From NCBI GenBank assembly GCA_963695095.1, contig CAVOFT010000001.1, forward strand, positions 2,368,001 through 2,432,000: a stretch of DNA of 64,000 nt, in the 5' to 3' direction. The translations under genes were made by a program, and so were the position numbers. Positions 31,017 through 41,557 of the stretch are shown here, piece after piece. This DNA comes from an uncultured bacterium (lineage in GTDB: Bacteria; Krumholzibacteriota; Krumholzibacteriia; JACNKJ01). The notes under the pieces were generated by a model. That model saw nothing but the letters and a program-made list of their open reading frames with translations, ran no database searches and was not told where the DNA came from. Each line of letters begins with the position of its first letter. The first letter of the stretch is position 1.

Positions 31017-34000
31017 CTAGAACTCGAAGCCAAAGCCGATGCGGAAGATCCGCCGCGGTTCGAAGACCCGCGGGTCGTCCACCGGGTGGAATTCGTCCTC
31101 GCCGTCGCCATCGAGGTCGGTCAGATAGGCGCCGCCGTACTGGCCGGTCTCCGTCAGATAGTAGGTGTAGGCGTTCTGCGCGTAGCGGAGGCCGGGGAAG
31201 ATGCCTGGGTCGTGGGCGTTGATCTGATCCTGGTCCAGCAGGTTGCGGCCGTCGAAGAACAGCGTCAGATCCTGGCCCCAGACGTTGAAGTACTTCTCCG
31301 CCTGCAGCGAAAGGCTGTGCGTGGCCGGGTAGCGGCGGCTGTTCTCGAGCTCGGGATCCTGGCGCCGGATGTAGCGGAAGGCCGGCGTGTAGGGGAAGCC
31401 CGAGCCGAAGCTATAGATCACCGAGCCGCCCCAGCTGCCCGGATCGGCCAGCCGCAGCGTCGCCGAGAGCGAGTGGCGCTCGTCCCAGCCCAGGGGCAGT
31501 TCCTTGGTGGGCAGGTGGGTCAGGCCCGCGGCGCTCGTGGCGCCGAAGGTCGCATCGGAGGCGACGCCGTCGGCATAGCTCAGCGTGTAGGCGACCTGGC
31601 CGCCGTAGTTGTCGGCGAACTGCCGGCTCAGCGTGATCTCCACGCCGCGCGCCGAGGCGTAGGCCTTGTTGATGTAGCGGCCGAACTGGTTGCCGCTGAT
31701 GGTGTCGATGGCGGTCGCCGAGGAGATGAGGTCGAAGATGTCCTTGTAGAAGATGGCGAAGTCGCCCACCACGTGCTCCGTGAACTGGTGCTTGACGCCG
31801 GCCTGGTAGGAGATCGTGATCTCGGGATCGAGATCCGGGTTGCCGAGCAGGCCCACGCCCGCATTCGGGTCCTGGGTCTGGAAGAGGTAGTTGTTGGCCG
31901 GAGCCTGGATGAAGCGTCCGTAGTGGAAGTGGAACACGTCCCGGTCGGTGATCGGGAAGGCCAGGCCCAGGCGCGGGCTCAGCGACTGCTTGAAGCGCCG
32001 GATCGTCGGGTCGACACCCTGGGCGCGCAGCAGCACCTCGACGCCGGAGCCCGGGCTGAAGAGGTCGTAGCGCAGGCCGCCGTTGACGACCATGCCCCGG
32101 TACTCCCAGCGATCCTGGATGTAGAAGGCGGTCTGCGGCGCGTAATTGTGGAAGATGTTCGCGCTGGTGCCCTGGCCCGTGCCCAGCACCCGCCCCGTCT
32201 GGTCGTCGATGAGGATGCGCGTGCGCCCCGGCGATGTCAGCTGCTCGTTGTACATGTCGTTGTACTGGGCGAGGTAGCCGGTCTTGATCTTGTGGCCCGC
32301 GGCCTGGCTGGTGAGGTCGAACTTGAGGATCCAGCTCACGGACTGGCGATCGAAGTAGGTCGGATAGTCATAGGCCGAAGCCAGGAAGGGATTCTCGGGG
32401 TCCGTGTAGTAGATCTCCCCGGCCACCGAGCGCACCGTGGCGCCGTTGTGCAGGGTGGCGGGCTGCCCCGCGGTCTCGTACTCCGTGGGCGACTTGTCGC
32501 CGACGGCGCTATGGCGCTTGAAGTCCAGCCGCGTCAGGGCGAACTTGTAATAGACCTTTTCGCTGATGTTGTGGATGGCCACGAACTTCACGCTGTTCGT
32601 GAAGTTGTCGCTCGAGGTCGTGTGCTCGGCGGAGTTGTAGTAGGCCTGCGAGGAGTCGTCCTGGACGTAGCTCCAGCGGCTGAGCGTGTCGATGAAGCCG
32701 TCGAACAGCTCGTCCGTGAGCACGAGGAATTCGGTGCCCGAATAGGCGCTCCTGACGCGCATCGCATCCGCGACCTCGTAGACATTCGCGCCGGCCCCCG
32801 AGGGCTTGTACTTGATGAGCACCTTCTCGAAGCTGGTGGGCAACCCCTGGCGCTGCTTCTCCTTGTTGGCCAGATAGGTGTCGTACCAGGGGCCATGCAG
32901 CACGGGCATGGTGCCGCGGACGACGTAGAAGTAGTGGTCGCCCTGCGTGTCGGACTCGCCGCTCAGCTCGATGCGCTCGAACATGTGCAGGCGATTGACG
33001 TAGCCCTCCTGGTTCCAGTTGTGGATGTAGGGATCGTTCTTGTCCCAGGCGGCGCTGCTCTCGAGGTTCAGCTTGAGATCCTGATTGAGCTTCCAGGTCA
33101 GCTTGTTCTGCAGGTTCAAGCCGGCGTCGGCGCGGTCCTTGAACTTGAAGAGCCCGTTCATCGCCGTCCACTGCTCGCGGCGATCGCGCGTGAGATCCTC
33201 GCCGTCGCTGCCTTCGGCTTCCGCCGAGAGGAACCAGCGGAAGTCCTCGCTGAGGAGTGGCCCGCCGATGCCCACGGCCAGGCGATCGTAGTTCGTGTAG
33301 GTCTTATCCTGGCGGCCGTAGTCGTCCGTCCAGTAGCGCAGGGAGCCTTCGAACTGGCTGCCGCCCTCGCGGGTGACGATGTTGAAGACCGCCGACTGGG
33401 CATTGCCGAATTCGGCGTCCATGCCGCCGATAACGGCCTCGGCCTCGGCAACCGCGACATTGGAGACCTGCACCGCGCCGCCCAGGGGGTCATTCACGGG
33501 CACGCCGTCGATCATCATCGAGACTTCGCCGGAGCGGCCGCCGCGCACGTAGAGGTCGCCGCCCTTCATCGTGATGCCGGCTTCGAGGGCCATCGCCTCC
33601 TGCACGTTGTCCACGGCGAAGGCGTTGAGGTCTTCCTGATCCTTCGATTTCTTCGACTCGGAGGTCTTCACGTCGACGAGGGGCGCCTCCCCCTCGACGA
33701 TGAAGGTCTTCTCGGCGAGGGCCACGCCCTGCTTGAGCTCGAAGTCGATGTTGACGGTCTTCTCGCTGCTCACCGCCACGCCCTCGCGGCGGCTCGACTC
33801 GTAGCCGAGGTAGGTGGCCACGATGGTATAGGTGCCGGCGGGCAGCACGAACTGGAAGCTGCCGTCCTCCAGGGTCATGGCGCCAAAATTGGTGCCCTCG
33901 ACGACCACATTGGCCGCAAGCAAGGGCTCGCCCGTCTGCTGGTTGACGACCTGGCCGCGGACGGTGCCCGGAGATTGGGCCGCGGCGAGCGCAGGAACAA

Positions 34001-34067
34001 GGAGCAGGCTCAGGAGTAGGCTGGCGGCGAACCAGCGACGACCGTTCATGAGGGTCCCCCTAGGCAT
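31017..34067 (-). CDS. TonB-dependent receptor with N-terminal carboxypeptidase-regulatory-like domain
   Basis: GTVRGQVVNQQTGEPL, plug YVRGGRSGE..IDGVPV, GGMDAEFGNAQSAVFNIVT, NGGLRYD, GNPDLDPE, terminal GFGFEF. Confidence 0.92.
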   Translation of the reverse strand: MPRGTLMNGRRWFAASLLLSLLLVPALAAAQSPGTVRGQVVNQQTGEPLLAANVVVEGTNFGAMTLEDGSFQFVLPAGTYTIVATYLGYESSRREGVAVSSEKTVNIDFELKQGVALAEKTFIVEGEAPLVDVKTSESKKSKDQEDLNAFAVDNVQEAMALEAGITMKGGDLYVRGGRSGEVSMMIDGVPVNDPLGGAVQVSNVAVAEAEAVIGGMDAEFGNAQSAVFNIVTREGGSQFEGSLRYWTDDYGRQDKTYTNYDRLAVGIGGPLLSEDFRWFLSAEAEGSDGEDLTRDRREQWTAMNGLFKFKDRADAGLNLQNKLTWKLNQDLKLNLESSAAWDKNDPYIHNWNQEGYVNRLHMFERIELSGESDTQGDHYFYVVRGTMPVLHGPWYDTYLANKEKQRQGLPTSFEKVLIKYKPSGAGANVYEVADAMRVRSAYSGTEFLVLTDELFDGFIDTLSRWSYVQDDSSQAYYNSAEHTTSSDNFTNSVKFVAIHNISEKVYYKFALTRLDFKRHSAVGDKSPTEYETAGQPATLHNGATVRSVAGEIYYTDPENPFLASAYDYPTYFDRQSVSWILKFDLTSQAAGHKIKTGYLAQYNDMYNEQLTSPGRTRILIDDQTGRVLGTGQGTSANIFHNYAPQTAFYIQDRWEYRGMVVNGGLRYDLFSPGSGVEVLLRAQGVDPTIRRFKQSLSPRLGLAFPITDRDVFHFHYGRFIQAPANNYLFQTQDPNAGVGLLGNPDLDPEITISYQAGVKHQFTEHVVGDFAIFYKDIFDLISSATAIDTISGNQFGRYINKAYASARGVEITLSRQFADNYGGQVAYTLSYADGVASDATFGATSAAGLTHLPTKELPLGWDERHSLSATLRLADPGSWGGSVIYSFGSGFPYTPAFRYIRRQDPELENSRRYPATHSLSLQAEKYFNVWGQDLTLFFDGRNLLDQDQINAHDPGIFPGLRYAQNAYTYYLTETGQYGGAYLTDLDGDGEDEFHPVDDPRVFEPRRIFRIGFGFEF

Positions 34068-34205
34068 GGCGCTGCGCTCCCTTCAGTCTTCGGCGCTCCT
34101 CAGCAGCAGGCCGGGCCAGCCAAGAGCCGGGCGGGGCTGGCTGCGGCAAAAGCCTTGGCGCTGCGAATCACCGATCGATGGGGGGAATTCAGCCTGGTCG
34201 TGGTT

Positions 34206-34231
34206 AATGTAGGGATTGGCAAGGGCTTGAG

Positions 34232-34235
<4 letters not shown>
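34206..34235 (-). promoter_or_regulatory. Candidate promoter for the TBDR operon
   Basis: TTGACT-18 nt-TACATT; the -35 box overlaps the dppF stop. Confidence 0.55.
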
Positions 34236-35223
<988 letters not shown>

Positions 35224-35227
<4 letters not shown>

Positions 35228-36225
35228 GCGCCGGCCTCCCCCGCCAGCCAGCAGCGCACGGCGTGGTCGGCCGCCAGGGGCCGCAGCGCCTGCGGCTCGG
35301 CGCAGCCCGCCCGCGCCTGCGGGCAGCGATCCCGGAAGCGGCAACCCCGCGGCGCCCGGCCGGGCGGGGGCACGCTGCCGGGAATGCCGGCGAGCGGCGA
35401 GCGGCGGTCGATGCGCGGCAGGCTGGCGAGCAGGGCCTGCGTGTAGGGGTGAGCCGGGGTCGCGAAGAGCGCCGGGGCCGGCGCCGACTCCACGATCTGG
35501 CCCGCGTACATGACGAGTACCTCGCCGCCGAGCTCGGCCACCACCGCCAGGTCATGGGTGATGAAGAGCAGGGCCAGGCCCCGGCGCTCCCGCAGCGCCG
35601 CCAGCAGCGCCAGCACCTGCGCCTGCAGGCTGACGTCCAGGGCCGTCGTCGGTTCATCGGCGATCAGCAGGGCCGGATCGCAGGCCAGGGCCATGGCGAT
35701 CAGGGCCCGCTGCCGCAGGCCGCCGCTCAGCTCGTGCGGATAGGCCCGCAGGCGCTGGACGGGCGCGGGCACGCCGACCTCTGCCAGCAGCTCGGCGGCG
35801 CGCGCGCGCGCGGCCGCTCGCGAGAGGCCCCGCTGCGCCCGCAGGCCCTCGCCGATCTGCGTGCCGATCGTGAGCACCGGGTTCAGGCTGGTCATCGGTT
35901 CCTGGAAGACGAAGGCCATCTCCGCGCCCCGCAAGCGGCGCTGCTCGCGCTCGCCGAGCCCGCCGATCTCCCGGCCCCGCCAGAGGAAACGCTCGCTGCG
36001 GCGAACGAGCTCGGGGGGTAGCAGACCGGGGAGCGCGAGCGCGCTCAGGCTCTTGCCGCAGCCCGACTCCCCCACCAGGCAGAGCGTCTGACCCGCGTGG
36101 AGCTCGAGGTCGATACCGTCGACGAGAGCCAGCGGCGGTCGGACGCCGCGCAGCTCCACCCGGAGACCGCCCAGGGACAGCAGCGGCTCGGGGGCGGGGA
36201 GGGCTTGCGCGCTGATGGCGTCCAC
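35224..36225 (-). CDS. dppD: Peptide ABC transporter ATP-binding protein, DppD/OppD type
   Basis: [42 protein letters not shown]. Confidence 0.92.
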
Positions 36226-36260
36226 GCGACTCGCTCCAGACCCGCGCGCGCGGCGCGGAC

Positions 36261-37014
36261 TCAGACCCAGACGACGGCGAATTCCTCGGCGAAGGCCGCG
36301 GCGAGGGCGGCCTCGAGCACCGCCCGCGCGGGCAGCGCGGGCAGCAGCTCGCCCAGGGACACCGACTGCTGGGCCAGAGCTTCTTGGTAACGCAGGCGGC
36401 GCGGCGGGTCCAGCGGAAGCAGCTGGGCCAGCTCGAGGTGGGCCCGGCCGAGCGGCAGGGAGCCGTGCTGGAGAAAGGCGCGGCGGCCGCGCCGCTGGGC
36501 AGAGCCGGCCAGCTTGCGCCCGCCCAGCTCGAGCTCGGCCAGACCCGGCGCGGCGAAGCAGGGCGCCGGACTGCGGGGGTCCAGGTCCGCCGCGGGGGCC
36601 GGCCGCGTCAGGACCACGTCCAGGCCGAGTCCGCGGTAGAAGCGCAGCAGGGCGCCGGCAACGGCGCGGTGGGTGGCGGCCAGGCCGGCGGCGAAGGGCC
36701 CGGCCAGCGGTGCCGCCAGGCAGTAGGTGATCTCATCGGCGTGGAGGACGGCCCGGCCGCCCGTCGGCCGCCGCACCCAGTCGTAGCCTCGCGCGGCGAG
36801 GGCACTCAGGTCCAGCGCGCGCTCCGGATCCTGATGGCTGCCCAGCGAGACCGCCCAGGGCTGCCAGGCATAGAGGCGCAGCGCCGGCAGGGCGCCGGCC
36901 GCCTCGCTCTCCAGCGCGCTGAAGAGCGTCCGTGTCCCGGCGCATGTTGGTGGCGGCGTCGGCGGCGCCATCGCGAAGCAGGCGCCAGGTGCCCGGCAGG
37001 GAGGGCGCGCTCAG
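36261..37014 (-). CDS. Lipoate-protein ligase / octanoyltransferase family, LipM-like (frameshift near 36932; start uncertain)
   Basis: WRLLRDG..AATNMRRD, LRLYAW, RRPTGGRAVLH, KLAGSAQ, QHGS; follows gcvPB. Confidence 0.85.
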
Positions 37015-38555
37015 GAGCCGGACCTGGTTTCGGCCGCGGGCAGGCCCGCCGGGGTGGCCGCGGAGCGGTCCCGGGGATCGGGGGCGCCGCCCGCCTCGGC
37101 CAGGGGCTGGACCACCTCGAGCAGCTTGGCAGCGCGCGCCTCGTCCAGCCTGCCGACCGGCGTCAGGTGCGGCGCCCCGGTGAGCAGGCTGGGTTCGCGC
37201 TTGGCCTCCCCCACGATGCGCTCGATGAGGCCGACGAAGGTGTCCAGGGTCTCCATGGACTCGGTCTCCGTGGGCTCGATCATCAGGGCCTCGGGCACGA
37301 TGAGCGGGAAGTAGACCGTGGGCGCGTGGACGCCGAAGTCGAGCAGGCGCTTGGCGATGTCCGTCGTGCGCACGCCGTACTTGCGCAGGCCGCTGCCGCT
37401 GGCGACGAACTCGTGCATGCAGGGGCCCGAGTGCGGAATCTCGAGCACACCCTTGAGACGAGCCTGGAGGTAGTTCGCGTTCAGCACGGCTCCGGCGCTG
37501 ATGTCCGCCAGGCCGTCGCCCCCGTAGCGCAGGATGTAGGCGTAGGCGCGCAGCAGCATGCCGAAATTGCCGTGACGGCCATGGACGTCCCCCACGCTCT
37601 TCGTGGCGCGCTCCGCGCGCAGGACCGCGCGCTGCGCGCTCGGCTCCTCACCGGCGCCATCCTGGACGATGCGCAGGCCGGGCAAGTAGTCGGCGAGCCC
37701 GGTGCGCACGCCGACGGGACCGGCGCCGGGACCGCCGCCGCCGTGCGGCGTGGAGAAGGTCTTGTGCAGGTTCAGGTGCATCATGTCGAAGCCGATGTCG
37801 CCCGGCCGCACGCGGCCGACGAGGGCGTTCATGTTGGCGCCGTCCATGTAGAGCAGGGCGCCGGCGGCGTGCGTCTGCGCCGCGATGGCCTCGATCTCGG
37901 CCTCGAAGAGGCCCAGCGTGTTCGGATTGGTCAGCATCACCGCGGCGACCTTGTCGTCGAGGGCCGCCGCCAGGGCATCCATGTGCAGCAGGCCGTCCTC
38001 GCCGGACTTGACCGTGAGCGAGCGCAGGCCGGCCATCGCCACGCTGGCCGGATTGGTGCCGTGGGCGCTGTCGGGAATGATGACGACCTCGCGCGCCTCG
38101 CCGCGATCCTCGTGATAGCGGCGGGCGATCTTCATCGCCACGTACTCGCCCTGGGCCCCGGCCGCCGGCTGCAGCGTGAAGGCCGCCAGCCCCGTGATCG
38201 CGACCAGCGCCTGCTCGAGCGCCTGCATCAAGGCGAGGCAGCCCTGGACCGTCTCGGTCGGCTGGGCCGGATGGCAGCCGGCGAAGCCGGGGAGGGCGGC
38301 CAGCTGCTCGTTCTGCACGGGGTTGTACTTCATCGTGCAGGACCCCAGGGGATAGAAGCCCCGGGCGATCGAGTGGTTGAGCAGGGATAGCCCCACGTAG
38401 TGGCGCAGGACGTCCAGCTCGCTGAGGGCGGGCAGACCCAGAGGCGCGCGGCGCCGCTTCGCCGCGGCCAGGCGGGCGCTGCCGGCGGGCAGGCCGGCGG
38501 GCAGGCGGAAGCCGGGGCGACCCGGGCGGCTCTTGTCGAAGATCGTCTGGCTCAT
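37011..38555 (-). CDS. gcvPB: Glycine dehydrogenase subunit 2
   Basis: YPLGSCTMKYNP, SAHGTNPAS, HLNLHKTFSTPHGGGGPG, MIEPTETES. Confidence 0.95.
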   Translation of the reverse strand: MSQTIFDKSRPGRPGFRLPAGLPAGSARLAAAKRRRAPLGLPALSELDVLRHYVGLSLLNHSIARGFYPLGSCTMKYNPVQNEQLAALPGFAGCHPAQPTETVQGCLALMQALEQALVAITGLAAFTLQPAAGAQGEYVAMKIARRYHEDRGEAREVVIIPDSAHGTNPASVAMAGLRSLTVKSGEDGLLHMDALAAALDDKVAAVMLTNPNTLGLFEAEIEAIAAQTHAAGALLYMDGANMNALVGRVRPGDIGFDMMHLNLHKTFSTPHGGGGPGAGPVGVRTGLADYLPGLRIVQDGAGEEPSAQRAVLRAERATKSVGDVHGRHGNFGMLLRAYAYILRYGGDGLADISAGAVLNANYLQARLKGVLEIPHSGPCMHEFVASGSGLRKYGVRTTDIAKRLLDFGVHAPTVYFPLIVPEALMIEPTETESMETLDTFVGLIERIVGEAKREPSLLTGAPHLTPVGRLDEARAAKLLEVVQPLAEAGGAPDPRDRSAATPAGLPAAETRSGS

Positions 38556-39905
38556 GCGGCCGCCTCCGCGAGGAAGGCCACGAGGCGATCGAGCTCGGCC
38601 GGGCCGTGCTTCTCCGATACCGTCACGAGCAGGCTGCTGGGCCCCAGGGCGGGGAAGTCCTCGCCCAGGGCCAGGCCGGCGGCGATGCCGTGGGCGCGGC
38701 CGCGGCGAAGGAGCTCGACGGCCGCGATCGGTCCCTGGACGACGAATTCCTGGTAGATGTCGCCGGCGAAGGGCAGGCGGTAGCCGGGCAGAGCCTCGAT
38801 GCGCGCGGCCAGGTGACCGGCGCGCTCGGCCAGGCCCGCGGCCAGTTCGCGGAGGCCGGATTCGCCAAGGGTCGCCAGGTAGACGGTGGCCGCCAGGGCC
38901 ATCAAGCCCTGGTTCGTGCAGATGTTGCTCGTCGCCTTCTCCCGGCGGATGTGCTGCTCGCGCGTCTGCAGGGTGAGCACGAAGCCCGGCCGGCCCTGGG
39001 CGTCCACCGTGCGGCCGACGAGGCGCCCCGGCAGGCGGCGCACCAGCTCGCGGCTGACGCCCATGATGCCGAGATAGGGCCCGCCGAAGCTGAGGGGCAG
39101 CCCCAGGCTCTGGCCCTCCCCGGTGACGACGTCGGCGCCGAAGGCGCCCGGCGGCTCGAGCAGCCCCAGGCTGCTGGGCTCGACGTGCACGAGCAGCAGC
39201 GCGCCGGCGGCCTTGACCACAGGCGCCAGCAGGGCCAGGTCCTCGACGATGCCGAAGTGATTGGGCGACTGGACGACCACGGCGGCCGTGTCGCCGTCCA
39301 GCGCGGCGGCCAGTGCCTGCGGATCGAGCCCGCCCGTGGCGTCCCAGGGCAGCTCGCGGATCCTCAGGCCCAGGCCGTCGGCGTAGGTGGCCGCCACGCG
39401 GCGGCAGCCGGGCTCCAGGCTGGCCGGCAGGAGCAGGGTGCTGCGCCCCGTCGCGGCGCCGGCGAGGAGCAGAGCCTCGGCGAGGGCGCTGGCGCCGTCG
39501 TAGAGGGAGGCGTTGGCCACGGCCATGCCGGTCAGTCGGGCCATCAGTGTCTGGAATTCGAAGATGACCTGCAGGGTGCCCTGGGCCACCTCGGGCTGGT
39601 AGGGCGTGTAGGCCGAGTAGAACTCGGGCCGCGAGAGGATCTGACTCATCAGCGCCGGCTGGATGCGGTCGTAGGCGCCGCCGCCGGTGAAGTTGAGCAG
39701 GGCGCCGGCCGGCGCGTTCTGCGCGGCCAGTTCGCCGAGATCGGCGGCCGACGCTGTGCTCGTCCAGCCCCGGGGCGAGGGCGAGATCGCCTCGCCACCG
39801 GCTCGCCGCCGGCACGCTCGCGAAGAGCTCCTCGATGTCGGCGACGCCGATCGCGTCCAGCATCGCCCGGATCTCGCCGTCGGTATGGGGCAGGAAGCCG
39901 CGCAT
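38552..39905 (-). CDS. gcvPA: Glycine dehydrogenase subunit 1 (frameshift near 39748)
   Basis: FLPHT..EIRAML, YTPYQPEVAQG, NASLYDG, REQHIRREKATSNIC. Confidence 0.93.
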
Positions 39906-40289
39906 CTACTCCCCTACCTGCTCGCGGTAGGCCTCGCTGTCCATGAGCTGCTCGAGCTCGGAGGGATCGCTCATCTTGATGCGCACCAGCCAGCCGTCGT
40001 GATAGGGCGACTGATTCACCAGCTCGGGGCGATCCGACAGCCCGCTGTTGATCTCGAGGATCTCGCCCGTCACCGGCGCATAGATCTCCTCGACGGTCTT
40101 GACCGCTTCGACGGTGCCGAAGGGATCGCCCTTGCCGACATGGGTGCCCGGCTCGGGCAGCTCGAGGTAGATGATGTCCCCCAGCTCGCCCTGGGCGTAG
40201 TCCGTGATGCCGATGGTGGCGACAGCGCCCTCCCCGCTCACCCACTCGTGATCCTTGGTGTAGTGCAACTCCGCCGGGATGTCGCTCAC
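39906..40289 (-). CDS. gcvH: Glycine cleavage system H protein
   Basis: YTKDHEW, GITDYAQ, VEAVK (lipoyl lysine), PYHDGWL. Confidence 0.97.
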   Translation of the reverse strand: MSDIPAELHYTKDHEWVSGEGAVATIGITDYAQGELGDIIYLELPEPGTHVGKGDPFGTVEAVKTVEEIYAPVTGEILEINSGLSDRPELVNQSPYHDGWLVRIKMSDPSELEQLMDSEAYREQVGE

Positions 40290-40359
40290 GACCTCTCCTT
40301 TTTTTCGCCCCCGGTTCCGCCGGAGGCCTGAGCCTCATGCGCGCGGCGCCGATAGCGAG

Positions 40360-40436
40360 CCTAGGCGCGTAGCGCCGGTTGCGACCCTAGGCGCGTAGCG
40401 CCGGTTGCGACCCTAGGCGCGTAGCGCCGTTTGCGA
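40360..40436. repeat. Tandem repeat, 26 bp x ~3 (plus a degenerate copy at ~40334-40359)
   Basis: CCTAGGCGCGTAGCGCCGGTTGCGAC at 40360 and 40386; near-identical copy at 40412 that includes the gcvT stop. Confidence 0.92.
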
Positions 40437-41534
40437 ATAGAACGGCAGCTTCACCGTGGCCGCCGCCACGCGTGCGCCCCGAATGTCCACCGTCAGTGGC
40501 GGCGCTCCCGCGCCGGTCATGCGCCGCGCCACCAGCGCCATCGCCACGCTGCGCTCGAGGCTGGGCGCGAAGCTGCCGCTGCTGACGGCGCCCACGGCCA
40601 GGTCCTGGGCGTAGATACCGAAGCCCTGGCGAGCGATCTTGCGACCCGGCAGCGCGAGCCCCACGAGGCGCCGCGCCTCGGGATCGTCCTTGCGGACCCG
40701 CAGGGCATCGCGGCCAATGAAGTCGCCCTTGTCCACTTTCACAAGCCAGAAAAGTCCGGCCTCGAAGGGGTCCGTCGCCTCGTCCAGCTCGTGGCCGTAG
40801 AGGCAGTAGGACGCCTCGAAGCGCAGGGTGTCGCGCGCGCCGAGGCCGGCGGGCTTGAGGCCCTGCGCTTGCCCAGCCGCCATCAGCGCCTCGGCCACCG
40901 GCGTCGCCAGGGCGGGCGGCAGGTAGAGCTCGTAGCCCAGCTCGCCCGTGTAGCCCGTGCGGCTGAGGATCACCGGCGCGCCCTCCAGGGCGAACTCGAC
41001 GAAGTGATAGAAGGCGAGCCCGGCCAGCGCCGGCCGGACGGCGGCCAGGAGCGGACAGCTCGCCAGGATCGCCCGGCTGGCCGGGCCCTGCAGGGCGAGC
41101 TGGGCGAAGTCCGCCGAGGCGTCCCGCGCCTCGGGGCCGCGCGGCAGGCGCGCCCGCACCCAGGCCGCCATCTTGTCGCTGTTGGCCGCATTGACGACGA
41201 GCAGGAAGCGCTCCGGTCCGCGGCGATAGACCAGCAGGTCGTCGAGCACGCCGCCGTCCTCGCGACAGGCCACGGTGTAGAGCACCTGGCCGTCGGCGAG
41301 CTTCGCGCAGTCGTTGGTGACGAGCAGCTGCACGGCGGCAAGCGCGCCCGGTCCCTCGACGGTGATCTCGCCCATGTGGCTGACGTCGAAGAGCCCCGCC
41401 GCACTGCGCACGGCGCGGTGCTCGTCGAGCAGGCCGCTGTACTGCACCGGCAGCTCCCAGCCGGAGAAGTCGACCAGCTTGCCGCCCTGGCTGCGGTGCC
41501 AGGCGTTGAGGGCGGTCTTGCGCGGGCTGTCCGT
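40413..41534 (-). CDS. gcvT: Aminomethyltransferase, glycine cleavage T protein (start codon atypical)
   Basis: KTALNAWH..GGKLVDFSGWELPVQY, GLFDVSHMG, RTGYTGELGYE, GLGARDTLRFEA. Confidence 0.95.
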   Translation of the reverse strand, partial: TDSPRKTALNAWHRSQGGKLVDFSGWELPVQYSGLLDEHRAVRSAAGLFDVSHMGEITVEGPGALAAVQLLVTNDCAKLADGQVLYTVACREDGGVLDDLLVYRRGPERFLLVVNAANSDKMAAWVRARLPRGPEARDASADFAQLALQGPASRAILASCPLLAAVRPALAGLAFYHFVEFALEGAPVILSRTGYTGELGYELYLPPALATPVAEALMAAGQAQGLKPAGLGARDTLRFEASYCLYGHELDEATDPFEAGLFWLVKVDKGDFIGRDALRVRKDDPEARRLVGLALPGRKIARQGFGIYAQDLAVGAVSSGSFAPSLERSVAMALVARRMTGAGAPPLTVDIRGARVAAATVKLPFYSQTALRA

Positions 41535-41557
41535 GATCGACCTCCTGCAGGCGGGAC

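Noticed and set aside
27501..34019. Very long plus-strand ORFs (1152 aa and 977 aa; also 41606-44518 and 59023-62640)
   Set aside because: They mirror recognisable minus-strand genes codon for codon and have no motifs; such shadows are expected with high GC at third positions.
37011..39905. 964-aa ORF resembling a single-chain GcvP
   Set aside because: Only the first ~50 aa and the GcvPB part are genuine; GcvPA continues in another frame and ends at 38552, overlapping the gcvPB ATG.
40334..40436. CRISPR array
   Set aside because: The repeats are head-to-tail with no spacers, and there are no cas genes in the window.
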